Assembly: GCA_002499195.1 (NCBI GenBank)
Contig: DAKS01000018.1
Coordinates: forward strand, 24,905-88,904
Reading direction: 5' to 3'
Source: Euryarchaeota archaeon UBA443
Lineage (GTDB): Archaea; Thermoplasmatota; Poseidoniia; Poseidoniales; Poseidoniaceae
DNA length: 64,000 bases
The position numbers and the translations under genes were made by a program. Shown here in pieces: positions 31,495 to 40,368 of the stretch (positions within the stretch are counted from its first letter, which is position 1; each line of letters opens with the position of its first letter). The notes under the pieces are model-generated. The model saw nothing but the letters and a program-made list of their open reading frames with translations. It searched no databases and was not told the DNA's origin.

Positions 31495-34218
31495 CTAGCG
31501 TTTAGCAAAGCGATAACCAACACGTTCGTTTTTCTTGAGCCAAAGAATTGCTGTGTATGGATTTCCAGTTTTCTTTGCGATCAAATCGTCAAATGGCCCA
31601 ATCTCGCCTTTTTCGATCATTTGCTTTGCTTCTTCTCTCGTAATCTCTCTCTTGGAAATTTCTCGTGGAATGTCGATTTTACATCCACTCGCACTTGTCT
31701 TTGGTCGGAAATGTGTTTCCGTCTCGTAAATCTCCGCACCATGCTTTGGACAAATAGCGACCACTTCTGGATTAACTTCGAATCGACGAGCATCAGCCGC
31801 AGCCTCTCGTGGCGGAAACTCAAATCCAACTTTGTTGCCTTCGAGAACGAGATAAGCAGGGAATGGACGGCCACGACGAGATATGAAATCTTCAATCAGT
31901 GGTGATTTTCCTTTCACAAGTATTGACTTTGCTTCATCAGGACTGATTTCTCGCTTACAGATAACCTTCCCTACGCCTAAGAACTTGCATTCCTCGTTAT
32001 CGCATGCATAGTGTGTATCTGTTTGTCGAATCGTTCCATCACATTTTGGACATGGACAAATTGGTTCATCAGAACTGTTGGCGCGAGTTCCTGTTGACTT
32101 CGCAGAACTGACTTTTCCTTCATCTGAGATAGTTACAGAGGTTTCATAGGATTCTCCATCACGATTGAAGAAACCATGCAAATCTGTGATTTCTTTGTTC
32201 TCAATTAAGCGCTTTGCAGTAGAGCGGTCGAACCATCTTCCACTGGTGTCCTTCCAGAAAACAAATGAACACCCCTTGTCCTTTCCTTCGTTCTTTTCAC
32301 AAGTATATGACAAAGCCGTTTCAATTATTGGGCTTTGACATTTTAGGCATGTTCCAATCGACATATCTTTCTCAAATAGGGTACTTCGATCATGATCACG
32401 TACTCTTGTTACCAAATCACGTGTTTGCTCAATTATTGAATCCATGTACTTGGAAGCCTCTAGTTCACCTTCCTGTACTGCACTAAGTGCTGCCTCCATT
32501 TCTCCAGTGAGTTCGGGTGATGTAATCCACTCAACAGGAATTCGGCGTAGTATCTCAATAATTCGAATGCCATGAGGGGTCGCATTTAGAGCACCAGATT
32601 TCTGTCTTGAGATATAACCTCTCGACAATAATTTTTCAATTGTATCTGCTCGAGTCGCAGGTGTTCCCAAGCCTTTTCCAGACATGGCTTCAGCAATCTC
32701 TTCATCATCGATATCCTTGCCTGCTTTTTCCATCAATGAGAGAAGACGAGCTTCTTTGATACGTGCCGGTGGTTTTGATTTTTCTTCACTCCATTCGTGG
32801 GATGTAATACTGGCTTCTGGAGAATCTGCAGAAAGAGTACCCCATCCTTCTGGGAAATCCAAAGACTTGGGAACGACTTCTCTCCAACCTAGAGTGGTGT
32901 ACTTTCGAGTTTCTTTATTGAAAATTTCACCCTTCAAGTCCGCAGTTCGTTTCTGTTTCTCGATTGTTGCTTCCCCATGCCAAGATGCAATAAAATTACG
33001 TACGATCATGTTGTACAAACGTAGTTCATCTTTTGAAAGAGATCCGCTAGGTAATTTTCCAGTTGGTACAATGGCAAAGTGATCACTGACTTTCGCATCG
33101 TTGAAATTTCTGGAAACATTTTGTAATCCATTGTTGGTTAAGTTTTGGATGAATCCTTTCATGTCATCCATGCCTCCTAAATTTTCAAGGGTTTGATTGA
33201 TTGTATCCTTCATATCTGTCGGAAGGAACCGTGAATCAGTACGTGGATATGTTGTCAATTTATGACGTTCGTACAATGCTTGAGCAACATTGAGAGTTCG
33301 TTTTGCTGGCCAAGAAAAGAAAGAGTTTGCTTGGCGTTGTAGGCTTGTTAAGTCGAAATTAAGTGGAGGGCGTTCTTTACTTGTTGTGATTTTTTGTGTG
33401 ACAATCGCTTTCTCATTCGAATCAAGAAGTTCTTGAATTCGTTCTTTGTCTTCAAGTGTTAGAATCCAATGAGGCTTGGTATCCTCTCCAGATTGTCCAC
33501 CTTCCCAACGACCTGTCCATTTGCTATCAGTTCCCTCAAATTGTGCCGTTAACACCCAAAATGGAGTCGCGGTGTGTTGGAGAATTTCAATCTCATGATC
33601 AACGAGTATTGCAAGTGTTGCAGTTTGTACACGGCCTAGAGATATCCGTTCTGTTCGCTTCTTTGGAAGAAAAACTTCTGCAATTCTCGATCCATTCATT
33701 CCAATGAGCCAATCAGCGTAACTTCTACTGTAGGCAGCATCTGAAAGATTTTGATACTCATCTGATGATTTACGTTCATCCCATGCCCTTTGAATTGCTT
33801 CCTGTGTCATTGATTGAAGCCACATTCGAGAAACCTGAGATTTCGATTTCGAATAGCGGTAGATGGTTTGAAAAATAAGTTCTCCTTCACGTGCGGCGTC
33901 ACAAGCATTGACAATCTCTGTGACGTTTTTATCCGCCATGATTTTCTTAATAGCAGTCAGTTGCTTCCGTGTTGATCCTCCTTTTGGTTTGAACTGAAAC
34001 TCTTCTGGAACAAACGGTAAATCAGCCGCAGTTTTTCTCCAATTTTTGAAATCTGGGTTATAATCATCCATGTATTTGAGTTCGAGCATATGTCCAACTG
34101 CCCAAGTGACAATGATGTCATCGCCATCCCAATGAGTTGCCTCTTTTTTGCTAATCTTGAGCATCTTAGCGATATCTCCGGCGACACTTGGTTTCTCAGC
34201 GAGGACGACGATGCTCAT
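31495..34218 (-). CDS. topB: Type IA DNA topoisomerase, TopB (topoisomerase III)-like with C-terminal Zn-ribbon/repeat domains
   Basis: AEKPSVA, NACDAAREGELIF, GRVQTATL, TYPRTD active-site Tyr, GLGTPATRA, C-terminal repeats (FISRRGRPFPAYL, LIAKKTGNPYTAIL). Confidence 0.88.
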   Translation of the reverse strand: MSIVVLAEKPSVAGDIAKMLKISKKEATHWDGDDIIVTWAVGHMLELKYMDDYNPDFKNWRKTAADLPFVPEEFQFKPKGGSTRKQLTAIKKIMADKNVTEIVNACDAAREGELIFQTIYRYSKSKSQVSRMWLQSMTQEAIQRAWDERKSSDEYQNLSDAAYSRSYADWLIGMNGSRIAEVFLPKKRTERISLGRVQTATLAILVDHEIEILQHTATPFWVLTAQFEGTDSKWTGRWEGGQSGEDTKPHWILTLEDKERIQELLDSNEKAIVTQKITTSKERPPLNFDLTSLQRQANSFFSWPAKRTLNVAQALYERHKLTTYPRTDSRFLPTDMKDTINQTLENLGGMDDMKGFIQNLTNNGLQNVSRNFNDAKVSDHFAIVPTGKLPSGSLSKDELRLYNMIVRNFIASWHGEATIEKQKRTADLKGEIFNKETRKYTTLGWREVVPKSLDFPEGWGTLSADSPEASITSHEWSEEKSKPPARIKEARLLSLMEKAGKDIDDEEIAEAMSGKGLGTPATRADTIEKLLSRGYISRQKSGALNATPHGIRIIEILRRIPVEWITSPELTGEMEAALSAVQEGELEASKYMDSIIEQTRDLVTRVRDHDRSTLFEKDMSIGTCLKCQSPIIETALSYTCEKNEGKDKGCSFVFWKDTSGRWFDRSTAKRLIENKEITDLHGFFNRDGESYETSVTISDEGKVSSAKSTGTRANSSDEPICPCPKCDGTIRQTDTHYACDNEECKFLGVGKVICKREISPDEAKSILVKGKSPLIEDFISRRGRPFPAYLVLEGNKVGFEFPPREAAADARRFEVNPEVVAICPKHGAEIYETETHFRPKTSASGCKIDIPREISKREITREEAKQMIEKGEIGPFDDLIAKKTGNPYTAILWLKKNERVGYRFAKR

Positions 34219-34298
34219 ATTTTCAATGCGTTTGTCGACTGTACTTGAAGGCTCGCTAGAGTTGAAATCAAACAGATAACTTATGTTATCTGGATTTA

Positions 34299-34712
34299 CT
34301 AAAGCGGTTTTTTTATTCGCTGCCGATGAGCAAATTCATCCCATTCGTCTTCTTCATCTCGATATCCACAACCACTACATCCTGGATAGCCTGCAAGAAG
34401 TAATTCAGAACACATTTGAATAAGTTCATTCTTGATTCTATCTGCATTATATGGTAGCCATAATGTCTTTACTGATACTGGTTCATTAGCGCCAACATGA
34501 AAGATCTCATTGCCCTTTTGTGAAACCAAAAAATCACCTTCTTGAATGGTTGGAAACTCTAAACGTTGTGGCATTGAATCGGCTATGTTCAATAGTAAAC
34601 GTTGCCAGTTCTCCACGTATGGAGATGGAACCGATATGATTAATTCTTGCTCAACAAGGATCCTTCGAGCCGCTTCTCGCAGTGCAAGCCAACGTGTGGA
34701 ATTCTCCTCCAT
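34299..34712 (-). CDS. Hypothetical protein with C-terminal CxxC
   Basis: Start MEENSTRW preceded by GGAGGG; avoids overlap with pyrD; C-terminal GYPGCSGCG. Confidence 0.6.
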   Translation of the reverse strand: MEENSTRWLALREAARRILVEQELIISVPSPYVENWQRLLLNIADSMPQRLEFPTIQEGDFLVSQKGNEIFHVGANEPVSVKTLWLPYNADRIKNELIQMCSELLLAGYPGCSGCGYRDEEDEWDEFAHRQRIKKPL

Positions 34713-34763
34713 GAGCCCTCCAAGTAGCGCAAGGATTGAAGGATATCGGTCCGACCATAAACC

Positions 34764-35867
34764 ATGGGCAGAGTTTTCCGGTGGTTCTCGAGACCTCTTT
34801 TGGCTCTTCAGGATTCTGAAAAAGCCCATTCTCGTTCGTTGTTAATGCTGAGGTTCGCATCTTCGAATCCTATGTTTAGAGCACTTCTTCGACTTGTGTA
34901 TAAACCAAGGAAGTCTTTGAAGACACGTTGTTTTGATATGGAATTCGAACATCCCTTTGGGTTGGCAGCAGGAATGGACAAGAAAGCTGAGGCTCTACGT
35001 GGTTGGGAATCGATCGGACTGGCCTTCTCCGAAATCGGAGGTGTGACAATGCTCGAACAATCGGGTAATCCGAAACCTAGGATGTTCCGTCATGGTGCTG
35101 ATCGTGCCCTAGTAAATCGAATGGGATTTAACAATCCTGGCAGTGAAAACGTTGTCAAAACGTTACAAAAATCAGGAACACGAACAATTCCAGTTTGGGC
35201 AAATCTTGGAAAGTCGAAAATCACACCACTTGAAGATGCTAAAACGGACTACTCAACAACTCTCAAGCGACTATGGCCATATGTTGATTTGTTTGTGATC
35301 AATGTATCGTCGCCAAATACGCCCGGTTTGAGAGATTTGCAGCATGGAGATCATTTGAAAGGGATTCTCGATGCATGTATTGAGGTCAATGTAGCATGTT
35401 CTAAGGAGTCAAAACAGAACCAAAAACCGCTCTTGCTCAAAGTAGCACCGGACTTGTCAACAGATGAACTTGAAGCTATTATCGATATTGCAATCGATTG
35501 TCAAATCGATGGAATTATTGCAACAAATACTACACTGTTACGACCGAATCAGACGCACAAGGTATACAATGAGCAAGGGGGTTGCTCTGGTTCACCATTG
35601 AAGAATCAAAGTACGGAAATGATTCGTCATATCTACTCCTATACAAACGGAGAACTCCCAATTGTTGGGGTTGGAGGAATTATGAATGCGGATGATGCGT
35701 GGGAGAAAATAACAGCAGGAGCGACATTACTGCAAGCATATGCAGGTTTTGTCTTCGAAGGACCGGGTTTAACGAAATCAATTGTTCATGGTTTGCACAG
35801 GAAACTCAGGGATTCTGGGTTTGATACAATTGAAGATGCAATTGGATCATCACACCGTCAGCGTTGA
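34764..35867 (+). CDS. pyrD: Quinone-dependent dihydroorotate dehydrogenase (class 2)
   Basis: GLAAGMDK, QSGNPKPRMFR, NRMGFNN, NVSSPNTPGLR (Ser base), LKVAPD, ATNTT, GVGGI. Confidence 0.93.
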   Translation: MGRVFRWFSRPLLALQDSEKAHSRSLLMLRFASSNPMFRALLRLVYKPRKSLKTRCFDMEFEHPFGLAAGMDKKAEALRGWESIGLAFSEIGGVTMLEQSGNPKPRMFRHGADRALVNRMGFNNPGSENVVKTLQKSGTRTIPVWANLGKSKITPLEDAKTDYSTTLKRLWPYVDLFVINVSSPNTPGLRDLQHGDHLKGILDACIEVNVACSKESKQNQKPLLLKVAPDLSTDELEAIIDIAIDCQIDGIIATNTTLLRPNQTHKVYNEQGGCSGSPLKNQSTEMIRHIYSYTNGELPIVGVGGIMNADDAWEKITAGATLLQAYAGFVFEGPGLTKSIVHGLHRKLRDSGFDTIEDAIGSSHRQR

Positions 35868-35913
35868 AGAGCAGATGTTGAAATATGTCTGTCGATTGGA
35901 GTGATTTGATACA

Positions 35914-36300
35914 ATGCTTTCCTATCGTAACCGTTTACTTTTGATTGGAAGCGTGGTTACAATTGCAATTCTAGGTACGGTTTTTCTTCAAGCTCCGGAG
36001 CCAACACTAACCATTGATGAATTGATGGAAAATAAGTCAAAGCATATGGGTGAAGAAGTCGCAGTTCGTGGTGAAATAAGGGATGGAAGCATCAATGAAT
36101 CTTCGATGACATTCATATTGGAAGGTTCTGAATTTTCTTTGCTTATCGATTATTCAAATGCTGGATCAATTTCCAATGGATTAGGAGATAATCGGACAGT
36201 TTATGCAGAGGGTCTCTTCAAGTTATCAGATGACACCTACGTAGTAGAGGCTGATGTAATCAAGACATCATGTCCTTCGAAATACGAAGAAGAAGTCTGA
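35914..36300 (+). CDS. ccmE: Cytochrome c maturation heme chaperone CcmE, CxxxY type
   Basis: N-terminal TM, OB-fold-like VAVRGEI...VYAEG...ADVIKTSCPSKY ending. Confidence 0.8.
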   Translation: MLSYRNRLLLIGSVVTIAILGTVFLQAPEPTLTIDELMENKSKHMGEEVAVRGEIRDGSINESSMTFILEGSEFSLLIDYSNAGSISNGLGDNRTVYAEGLFKLSDDTYVVEADVIKTSCPSKYEEEV

Positions 36301-36317
36301 CATTGTTCATCGTTTGG

Positions 36318-36323
36318 TTGAAA
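36318..36323 (+). promoter_or_regulatory. TATA-like element of SRP RNA promoter
   Basis: TTGAAA(TATA) ~28 nt upstream of predicted SRP RNA 5' end. Confidence 0.55.
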
Positions 36324-36345
36324 TATAGCCTATTGCAGGATGTTA

Positions 36346-36647
36346 TGGGATAGGCGGGGAGCTAGGCGTACCCTTTACCACAAATCGTCTTTATGGTGGG
36401 TTGAATGCCTTGGGGCGGCGAAAGCGGCTTATGGGTTCCTGCATGCGGACGTAGATGTCTCGCCCCCACATGATCCGGGTGTTGAGAACCGTTTCCGGAG
36501 GGAAACGGGAATCAAATAACCGGGGGAACAGGTCAGGCCGGGAACGGAGCATCCCTACCTGGGGCCATGGGTGCTGTGGGGATTCGGGACGGAGGAAGTA
36601 TGTAGATACGGCCTGTGGGTACGAGCGTCCACCCAAGGATTCCCACC
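36346..36647 (+). ncRNA. ffs: Archaeal signal recognition particle (7S) RNA
   Basis: GC-rich ~300 nt island; helix 8 GGTCAGGCCG-GGAA-CGGAGCA; helix 6 CCGTTTCC-GGAG-GGAAACGG; helix 5 CCTTGGG/CCCAAGG; Alu-like 5' hairpins with complementary loops GGCG/CGTC; terminal TGGGA/TCCCA pairing. Ends approximate. Confidence 0.93.
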
Positions 36648-37132
36648 TAAATGTCAAACACAACATCACTGTACCATCCAGGTCCTTCGAATGTTGGTAC
36701 TTCCTTCCATGGTGAGTTGAGAATTTGCCCTGCCAATACTTCTGATACGACTAGATCTTGGCGTGTCACTGCTTTTATTTCGACCTCCTTTTCAATATGA
36801 TTGGATGAAATCCAACGAACTTGTGCTTCCAAAACAAGTCCACTTTCTTGTTCCTGAATTTTGATTGAACTATCGACCAGCCACTTCTCTTCGACCTCAT
36901 CCTTGAAGAGAATTTCTTCGAGCCATTGGACAAGGAGTAGCCCATTCGAATCATCATGCAGTGGTACCTGAACGGTCCAAACTGCTGAATGATGGATTGC
37001 ATCTGGTGGTATTTGACTCTCCAACAAGTAGGCTTGCATGCCCATAGCAGTTTCTTCGAACAATCTTGCACGCGTAGTTGCAAATGAGCGCAAGCCAACA
37101 TCCGCCGTAGTTGGCCTTGGCCATGAACTCAC
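36647..37132 (-). CDS. Archease (RtcB tRNA ligase activator)
   Basis: TADVGL, LFEETA, LLVQWLEE, EIKAVT, terminal VVFDI; GTG start after GAGGTGG RBS. Confidence 0.85.
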   Translation of the reverse strand: MSSWPRPTTADVGLRSFATTRARLFEETAMGMQAYLLESQIPPDAIHHSAVWTVQVPLHDDSNGLLLVQWLEEILFKDEVEEKWLVDSSIKIQEQESGLVLEAQVRWISSNHIEKEVEIKAVTRQDLVVSEVLAGQILNSPWKEVPTFEGPGWYSDVVFDI

Positions 37133-37142
37133 AATCACCACC

Positions 37143-38204
37143 TCAACGCTTCGATACTTGAAGGGACCATGCAATGTCGCCAATTCGATCAATCATATCG
37201 TCTAATCGAAGAACAAATCGGTCTGTACGATCCGCAATAAGGATACATTCACTTGCTGCATTAGCAAGTTGTGCTGTTTCTTCGACAGAAAGATCGAGTG
37301 CAATCGCTGTAGCAACTGCAACTGCAGCAGCATCGATCAAACCGATCATTTGCCGAATCTCTTCAAGCATACATTGAACATGCACCGTATCTTCATCTTT
37401 TGAGTGAATGGTAACTCCATCTTGTCCTTCAAGAATCAGTAAGTGTTTCCATTCATTTGTCTCAAGAAGCATCGCTGCCGCTTCAGCACCTGTTGAAGCA
37501 CCTAAGCGACGGCGCATCAATTCCAATCCCTTTGATTGGAACAAGATCCAATCGACACCTTGGGTTCGATGAAGTCCAGTGAGTTTTGGATCAGCAATGA
37601 TTGGAACCTCATGTTCCTTTGCTGCCTTGATGAGACGTTCTGCACCATTATCGTCTAAGACTCCAAGACCATAATCCGATAGGATGAGGCAAGAAGAATT
37701 TGGAATTGCTTCTATCGTACGATCGATCAGAGTGGTCAAAGCCGAAGAGGGAATTGGTTCATCATCTTCAATATCCCATCGAAGAAGGAGTTGCTCCCCC
37801 TTAACCAATCCTTCGCGAGCACCTAGGAGTCGTGTTTTAACAGTGGTAGTTCTATCCTCAAGGACGGCAATACCCGATGTATCGACTCCCTCTTCTTCAA
37901 GCATTTCAAGAATTGCAAGGCCAGAATCGTCATCACCTACTACACCATGTAAATGACTCTTCAATCCAAGCGAATCAAGACCACGCGCAACATGGGCTGC
38001 AGCACCTACATCAACATCTCTGGAAATCTCTTTGAGAACTGGAACAGGAGCTCTTGAATTCAGATTGTTCGCAAAACCATGAATGTAACAATCCATCATC
38101 ACGTCCCCTACGAGTAAAACCTTGGATGGTTCCATGTTCTTCAAACCACGTTCCAATTTTTTCAAAGCGTCGTGGACCTTTGCATCATCATCACTCATAC
38201 CCAT
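37143..38204 (-). CDS. PfkB-family kinase, HldE/RfaE kinase-domain-like, with altered motifs
   Basis: VLLVGDVMMDCYIHG, APVPV, GAAAHVA, GVVGDD, TTVKTR, ILSDYGLG, IADPK, ANAAS. Confidence 0.75.
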   Translation of the reverse strand: MGMSDDDAKVHDALKKLERGLKNMEPSKVLLVGDVMMDCYIHGFANNLNSRAPVPVLKEISRDVDVGAAAHVARGLDSLGLKSHLHGVVGDDDSGLAILEMLEEEGVDTSGIAVLEDRTTTVKTRLLGAREGLVKGEQLLLRWDIEDDEPIPSSALTTLIDRTIEAIPNSSCLILSDYGLGVLDDNGAERLIKAAKEHEVPIIADPKLTGLHRTQGVDWILFQSKGLELMRRRLGASTGAEAAAMLLETNEWKHLLILEGQDGVTIHSKDEDTVHVQCMLEEIRQMIGLIDAAAVAVATAIALDLSVEETAQLANAASECILIADRTDRFVLRLDDMIDRIGDIAWSLQVSKR

Positions 38205-38207
38205 TAT

Positions 38208-39170
38208 TTATTCCTCCATTGCATCTTGTAATTCAGCGAGTAGCATCGCATGTTCCTGTTCACTAATTCCAGTTTCTTTTCTTAGCGTTTCTAGCATTGC
38301 AGATTCATCGTTCGTTATGACTCCGTCAATGAGAGCAGTCTTCAACACCGAGCGATATGCCTCCAATTCTGGTGTGATATAGGGTTGCTGTTTAGCCTGC
38401 CTGAGAATTCTTTCATGCGTGTTTGAATCAATATCAAATGCAATTTGGACCGTCTGAAGAAGGGCTTCCTCTTCTTCGTGAATAACTCCATCAACCAATG
38501 CTTGGCGCAGCATGTCAAGATAGATTTCTTCGGGCGGTGGAACGTCGATTTCACGACGCGCTTCATTCGACAATCGCCGTACACGATCTGGATGCATGCC
38601 AAGAAAATCAACGACTTCATTGAGTAAGAGTTGCTCATCCTTTGTTATCCGCCCATCTTGCCATGCTCGAGCAAACAAACGTCGTACCAATGATTCACCT
38701 GCTTGTGCATCCAAAGATGCTGAACCCTCTGGATGTGAAACAGGAGACATAACCGGTTCAGAATGGGCGACCATATGTTCATCGATGTGTGCAAGAGTTT
38801 CTAGGGTGTCTTGTGAACTTGATAGCAAGGATTCCAGCAGTACAGTCGTACCATTACTTTGGACCGGGGTGGACTTGATCTTCTTGAGAATTGACTGAGC
38901 ACTTTCACGTCCTTGATTGGTAAGAGAATATACACGTCGTCGTTGGCGTGCACCCGGAACATGTCGACTCGTTGTGTTGAGAAAGGATTTCCCTTCAAGG
39001 CGCTTTAAGGTCCGAGGGACGTGTTTTCTTTGTACATGGACAGCTGCAGAGATACCCGCTTGCGTAAGTGCCATGGGCGCTTCCCAATTATTTTCAGGAA
39101 GTTGGTGGTCGAGAAGATGAAGAAGCATTCGCTCTTCCGTGGTAAGTGTTCCTAAGAACCCGCTAACCAT
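38208..39170 (-). CDS. Winged-helix DNA-binding domain fused to TerB-like repeats
   Basis: LTQAGISAAV-x-RKHVPRTLKRLE...RRVYSLT (MarR-like wHTH); three A(W/L)xDGxIxxxE repeats. Confidence 0.7.
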   Translation of the reverse strand: MVSGFLGTLTTEERMLLHLLDHQLPENNWEAPMALTQAGISAAVHVQRKHVPRTLKRLEGKSFLNTTSRHVPGARQRRRVYSLTNQGRESAQSILKKIKSTPVQSNGTTVLLESLLSSSQDTLETLAHIDEHMVAHSEPVMSPVSHPEGSASLDAQAGESLVRRLFARAWQDGRITKDEQLLLNEVVDFLGMHPDRVRRLSNEARREIDVPPPEEIYLDMLRQALVDGVIHEEEEALLQTVQIAFDIDSNTHERILRQAKQQPYITPELEAYRSVLKTALIDGVITNDESAMLETLRKETGISEQEHAMLLAELQDAMEE

Positions 39171-39258
39171 ACTGCTCCCCGTTTTGTATGTCAGGGTGGT
39201 AGTCCTTAGGACAATCGGTCATCGACGCAACAATATGGGGGGAATCTCAGGAGGAAAC

Positions 39259-40368
39259 ATGGTCCGGCAACGTCGAAAGTTCAAGCCTAGGGCAAGAACT
39301 TCTCGTAATTTGGACCTTGAATCTGCCGATTCGGATGAGAAACTCAAGATACAGGCACCGATCGAGGATGGCAGATTCTGGAAAATACCCCCTCCTCTTT
39401 CAATACGATTGTATGAAAAAAGTGCTCTCGGCCATCGACACGAAGATGGATCGATTACATTGACTGCATCAGAGGTATTGTTCTGTCATTGGCATCGGCA
39501 TGTACCTCTTCCGAACAAAGGTTGGCTTGAATCAGAACTTCTAAAGAATCCACGATTGATTTACGAAGCCATCATTATGGATGTTGGAAGAAATGGTGGG
39601 GAAATGATTGTTCCATCAATACATCGACCTGAGAGTGAACAACTCGCTTGGGGTATCCGTTGGCATCGAGATCGCAATCATCAGAAGGAGAGGTATCAGT
39701 CATCGGTTGCTATAGCAACAACACACGATCGGCTTGAATGGGAGAAACTACTGGATTGGTGTAGAAAATCCAATGGCTTGGATGTTGACGCGGAGTTGTT
39801 TGTAATCGATGATGAACTTGATGTGACTATGTACAAAATAGATTTGATTCATCCCAAGGGTGATTTGTTATGTTGGAATGATCTATCGCAACATGAAAAG
39901 GATACGTTCCTTGAAAATTGGAACAACAAAACTCCAACCGAATCTGGAAGTTATGTTCGACATTCAGATACTTGGAGTTGGGACCAAATCGGTATTGAGC
40001 ATATGTCTGGGCGTGTTCTCCGCCAAGAAGAAGATACGTACATTCAGCAGATGATTACTCAAGAAAAAGAGCCATCCTCGGATTCTCTTCTGATGCATGA
40101 TCTACTTGGTCGCGGTTTGTTGTTGCGTCCAGGATTCAAGTATGGCTGTCGGTGGAGGGTTTACGATGGTGATTTGAATGAATCTCACGCCCCATGGTTG
40201 ATTCAGCCAAAGAAAGAAGCATCATCAACATGGGAGGGTGTATGTCTTAGTGTACGTCTTGCTGAAGGAGTTCACAAACAATGGATTTGTGCGATTCCCG
40301 ATGACTTAGGATGGAATTATCTACGCATTCAAAGGTGGTTGCCAGGTAAGAATTCTTCATCGGAATAG
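39259..40368 (+). CDS. endA: tRNA-intron (splicing) endonuclease
   Basis: C-terminal DLLGRG-LRPGFKYGCRWRVY...HAPWLI...VRLAEGVHK with Tyr/His/Lys triad; GGAGG RBS before ATG 39259; divergent N-terminal half. Confidence 0.8.
   Translation: MVRQRRKFKPRARTSRNLDLESADSDEKLKIQAPIEDGRFWKIPPPLSIRLYEKSALGHRHEDGSITLTASEVLFCHWHRHVPLPNKGWLESELLKNPRLIYEAIIMDVGRNGGEMIVPSIHRPESEQLAWGIRWHRDRNHQKERYQSSVAIATTHDRLEWEKLLDWCRKSNGLDVDAELFVIDDELDVTMYKIDLIHPKGDLLCWNDLSQHEKDTFLENWNNKTPTESGSYVRHSDTWSWDQIGIEHMSGRVLRQEEDTYIQQMITQEKEPSSDSLLMHDLLGRGLLLRPGFKYGCRWRVYDGDLNESHAPWLIQPKKEASSTWEGVCLSVRLAEGVHKQWICAIPDDLGWNYLRIQRWLPGKNSSSE

Noticed and set aside
34713..34829. N-terminal extension of ORF 34299..34829
   Set aside because: Overlaps pyrD head-to-head; the ATG at 34712 has an RBS
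36346..36647. RNase P RNA, tRNA or riboswitch as identity of the GC-rich island
   Set aside because: No GAGGAAAGTCC RNase P motif or cloverleaf; SRP helix 6, helix 8 and Alu features are all present
36391..36715. ORFs 36391..36669(-) and 36455..36715(+)
   Set aside because: They lie over the GC-rich SRP RNA; the sequence is explained by RNA helices
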